Shown: positions 59,517 to 64,000 of the stretch, piece after piece
How the letters are laid out: the number at the start of each line of letters is the position of its first letter
Numbering within the stretch: position 1 is the first letter of the stretch
NCBI GenBank assembly: GCA_963693365.1
Contig: CAVNZM010000003.1
Coordinates: 6,104,509-6,168,508 of the forward strand
From: Amoebidium appalachense
Lineage: Eukaryota; Protista; Ichthyosporea
Direction of reading: 5' to 3'
Length of the DNA stretch: 64,000 nt
Program-made: the position numbers and the translations under genes
Notes under the pieces: model-generated
Databases searched by the model: none
Seen by the model: the letters and a program-made list of their open reading frames with translations, nothing else
What the model was told of the DNA's origin: nothing

Positions 59517-60333
59517 CCCGCCCGCCCGCCCTCCCGCCCGCCCAGGAGGCCACACTGGGCCTCTCCATCGGGCGGGGAATCCGCAAACCGCTAAATGACA
59601 TAAATATAGTAGTAAACAAATAATAAATTGATCAAAAACCCAAAACACCAACAAATACACCCCCCACACACACCCGGCCGGCCTGTTCTGACTGCCGGAA
59701 CACACACAGACCCGGTGTGCCCTGTAAAACCCACCTTTTAGTCCACAAAAACATCGCCACAACATACGTACAACAACACATAATGTTAGGCAGCAACCCC
59801 CCACCACCACCACCACCACACCCCATCATCCACCCATACCCACCGTAAATATTATACACAACACCTAGGCCTTCCCAATACTGTAGATCGACCAATGAGA
59901 GCCCTCGGTTAACGTTTATTGCTAGGTTTTGAATGGAGGGGAGGACTGGAGCCTCCTGCCGGCGTGGCTGGGGTAGTAGCCCTGGGCAAAGTATGTACTT
60001 ATAGTTAGGTTGTGAAGGATGGTTTAGCTTAGCTGAACTCATAGATAGCACCTTAACTAGTGTACTGTCGGTGCTGTGTGGTAGACGGTAGTTTCCCTAG
60101 AGGGCCTGAAAAGGCCCTCCGGGAACAAAACGTGATAAAATATAAAATAAAATAAATAATAATAATAATAATAAATTGATCAAATGAATGAATAAACAAA
60201 GAATACTTATACTAGTTCCTTTTTGAGATGGTGAAAAAAAAAAAGGGAAATTCGGAAAGAAAAAAAAAACTTAGAAAAAAAAAAAAAAAAAAAAGAAGCT
60301 GAAAGCGTGAAAGCCTATGTGTGTGTGTGTGTG

Positions 60334-60412
<79 letters not shown>

Positions 60413-60591
60413 AAATCTAAATCAATACTTGAAAGTCTAGCATTTAGAACATCAAGTCCCCCCCCCCCCCCCCTCCCCTCCCCTCCTCCCCAACCCGCTA
60501 AATAAGTAAATATAGAGGAAATCAATAAGTATTTGATTCAAATAATAATAAAAACATACTAATTTTTTTCAAGGGGACCAAACCAAAAAAG

Positions 60592-60629
<38 letters not shown>

Positions 60630-61512
60630 CAACTCATACAAACAAGGACGTACTAGTCTTTCTGCTCCCTCACACCTTACTCTCACACCACGAATTTGGC
60701 ACCACACACCTACACGAGTAAGAGGCAACCCCTCCCCCTTCGCCTCATAAAAATCCGTATTCAGGGTTTCATCAAGCTCCAAACCATTACCGTAACTCAC
60801 ACGGAAAAGACTCAGCGATTCCGCGCGTGTGGGGGCTCTGCGGCTCTCTAAACTCTCCATGTGTGAGCGCAATTGTGCTTTTGCCGTTTCGGCTTGTGCA
60901 ATTGCACGTGTGGTTGCGTTGTTGATTGTGTTGTTTGCGTTTACAAAACCCTCAGAAATGTTTGCTTGGGCTTCTTGGGTAGTTTCCTGAAACTTGTCTG
61001 TGGCCTCATTTACTGTGTGCAGTGCACTATTCAACGCCCCAAGTGCAGCTGCCTGCACCTGGACTACTGGCTTGGTCATGATCGCTGGGTTTAATATGCA
61101 TTCAACCTGCCTATATGACTAGGATGTAAAAACTAGCTATACAAGACTGCTTCGAACTAGTTGGGGCCTTCGTATGTTTCTGCTCGTTTATCGACATAGT
61201 CGGCCACATGAGTCCTTTGCATGCATACCATGCGATGTGCGGCCGCCGCCTACTAGCATTGGCCCTGGCGAGCTTTGGGCGGTCGTTGAAATCACGGCGA
61301 ACCACTGTTTTGTCTGGGAAAGAGATCGAAATACTAAACATAGGGGTTCTAAACTGACCAGATAAACCCGATTACTCGTCCTACTATGTATAGGACCCCT
61401 TGGTGCGCTAACATAATCCCGAAAAATGACCGAGGTCAGTATGTTAAGATTTTTGAAAATCGGCGTCGACGTTATGTTGTGCGTGGAGTATGTTATGCGT
61501 GGACGCATACTG
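59374..61512. mobile_element. TA-flanked TIR element (pogo-like termini), 2.1 kb, no transposase
   Basis: Perfect 25-bp TIRs CAGTATGCGTCCACGCATAACATAC (59374-59398 / 61488-61512), TA on both sides, and subterminal GAGGTC(G/A)..TATGTTAA motifs near both ends. Confidence 0.8.
59865..61079 (-). CDS. Unknown protein with a coiled-coil-like N-terminus, inside the TIR element (exons 61079-60714 and 60051-59865 or longer)
   Basis: MTKPVVQVQAAALGALNSALHTVNEATDKFQETTQEAQANISEGF...GLPLTR|VLSMSSAKLNHPSQPNYKYILCPG...; phase-0 GT-AG join. Confidence 0.55.
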
Positions 61513-62207
61513 TATAGTAGGCTTCGATATACTGGAATGTAATTGATTCCCGTTAATAGATCATGGCAACATGTCATTGAATAGTACGGTCTATTATTGA
61601 AAGCGTTCAAACAAAAAAAGAGAGATCAAGATCCCGCTTCAAACTTGATCACGAGATCGTTCGTGTGGACCTTTAAATTCTTCCATGATTAATTAATTGT
61701 TAAGTCTATAACTAGTAATTAAAACCCGCACTTGAAAAACGTATAACCCCCCTGGCCCAAAAACAGTTTACTGTGACAGTGTCTAGAGTGACGGAATCAT
61801 GCAGTAACCTTGTAAACTTCGCCCGGTAAAAAAAAAAGGGGGGGGTCATATTCTGCTGTTCGGGCACCTGCATGCGCATTCAACACTGCAACTGAGTTTG
61901 GGTGAAGATGTGATGACACTTGCTGCTCTTGTTTTCTTAAGCTTGATACTACATCAACACACCCGTTACAATGATTAGATTGCGGGTTTTTTTTCTTTCT
62001 TTACAGCATTACATTATTGTGAAAGACAGAGGGACCCTGTATACGTACCGGGCAACCGTTCCCTCTTTTTCAAAGTCTGTCAGACACTGTCAGGATGTCA
62101 CGTTATCACGGTTTGTACGTTCAAATGATTATGTGCGTGCGTGAGCAATTGCATGCGAGAATAATCACACACCGAGACTCTGAGGCTCTCTGAGTGTGGG
62201 GGGGGGG

Positions 62208-62238
<31 letters not shown>

Positions 62239-62239
62239 C

Positions 62240-62272
<33 letters not shown>

Positions 62273-62305
62273 AGAGACTCTCAGAGAGAGAGAGAGGAGA
62301 GAGAT

Positions 62306-62354
<49 letters not shown>

Positions 62355-62439
62355 GGAATAAGGGAGTGTACAGAGTGTTCGCGTGTGTTTTTGAAATGTG
62401 CGTGCGTTCGTACATATATACGTATGTGTATGTTGCTCG

Positions 62440-62497
<58 letters not shown>

Positions 62498-63210
62498 TGG
62501 TGGTGGTGGTGGTGGTGGTGTTGGGGGGGGGGGGGCCGGGGAGGGTGATGCGTGCGCGTGTGAGTATGAGAGAGAGAGGGCTGCCAAAAGGGAGTGTACA
62601 GAGTGTTCGCGTGTGTCCTTGCAATGTACATGTGCGTGCAGTCGTACGTGTGCGCATGTGTTTGTTATCGTGCGCGCGCGTGTGTTTATGTGAGTGTGCG
62701 TTTGGTGGTGGTGGTGGAGGGGGAAGGGGGAGCATGCGTGCGTGTGTGAGTATGTGCATGTCACGGTGACGTGTGTGTGTAGGGCCTGACAGTGTGTGTT
62801 TTCATGCGTCTGCGCATGTGCAGGCTGGTGCGGCACCGTGTCAAATCACGTTTAGCACATGTGTACACACACATACACACTCGCACAGTTACCTCCTATC
62901 CCCCCCCTACCCCCCCCACCCACCCATTCCCACCCCCTCGGGGGGCCGGCGGAGGGTTCATATACCACGTACAATCTGAAATCCCCTAAAGACCACAAAT
63001 TTCACATCCGGTGCACACAACCAAAGATTTTTCCAGATGACATAATATATCTCCCATGCCGGCATGGGAAACACACATTTTATATTTTTGCAACACAGCA
63101 CCCAGCCACAGGCTGCTAAGAATCGGCGCACGGTAAAAAACTCGCAGCCGCGCGCCAAAAATAGCCATTCCTGGGCCAGGACAACACGTGCCGCTTTCCA
63201 AATATAGAAA

Positions 63211-63999
<789 letters not shown>

Positions 64000-64000
64000 G

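Overview
This is a eukaryotic, intron-rich locus, not prokaryotic. Introns are saturated with (CA/GT)n, (CT/GA)n and poly-C/poly-G tracts, which account for most ORFs in the supplied track. A unicellular opisthokont/holozoan origin is only an inference from gene content. Hand-spliced genes: a lone diacylglycerol-kinase accessory-domain exon (-), an intronless class-C-like 7TM protein (-), MTG1 (+, 9 exons), GMP reductase (-, 11 exons), a GH27 alpha-galactosidase (+, 6 exons), an ALMT/FUSC-family transporter (-) and the 3' end of adenylate kinase 2 (-). Mobile DNA: a decayed LTR-less Ty3/Gypsy pol, a foldback-like MITE, a pogo/Tigger deletion derivative with a nested internal inverted repeat, and a second TA-flanked TIR element (59374-61512) enclosing a spliced non-transposase ORF. 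The most notable observations are (1) an AT-AC minor-spliceosome intron in MTG1, (2) the TIR element apparently carrying a passenger gene, and (3) recurrent decayed tandem copies ('echoes') of exon ends plus their splice sites in the introns of three different genes. All coordinates were read by eye and may be off by a few bases.
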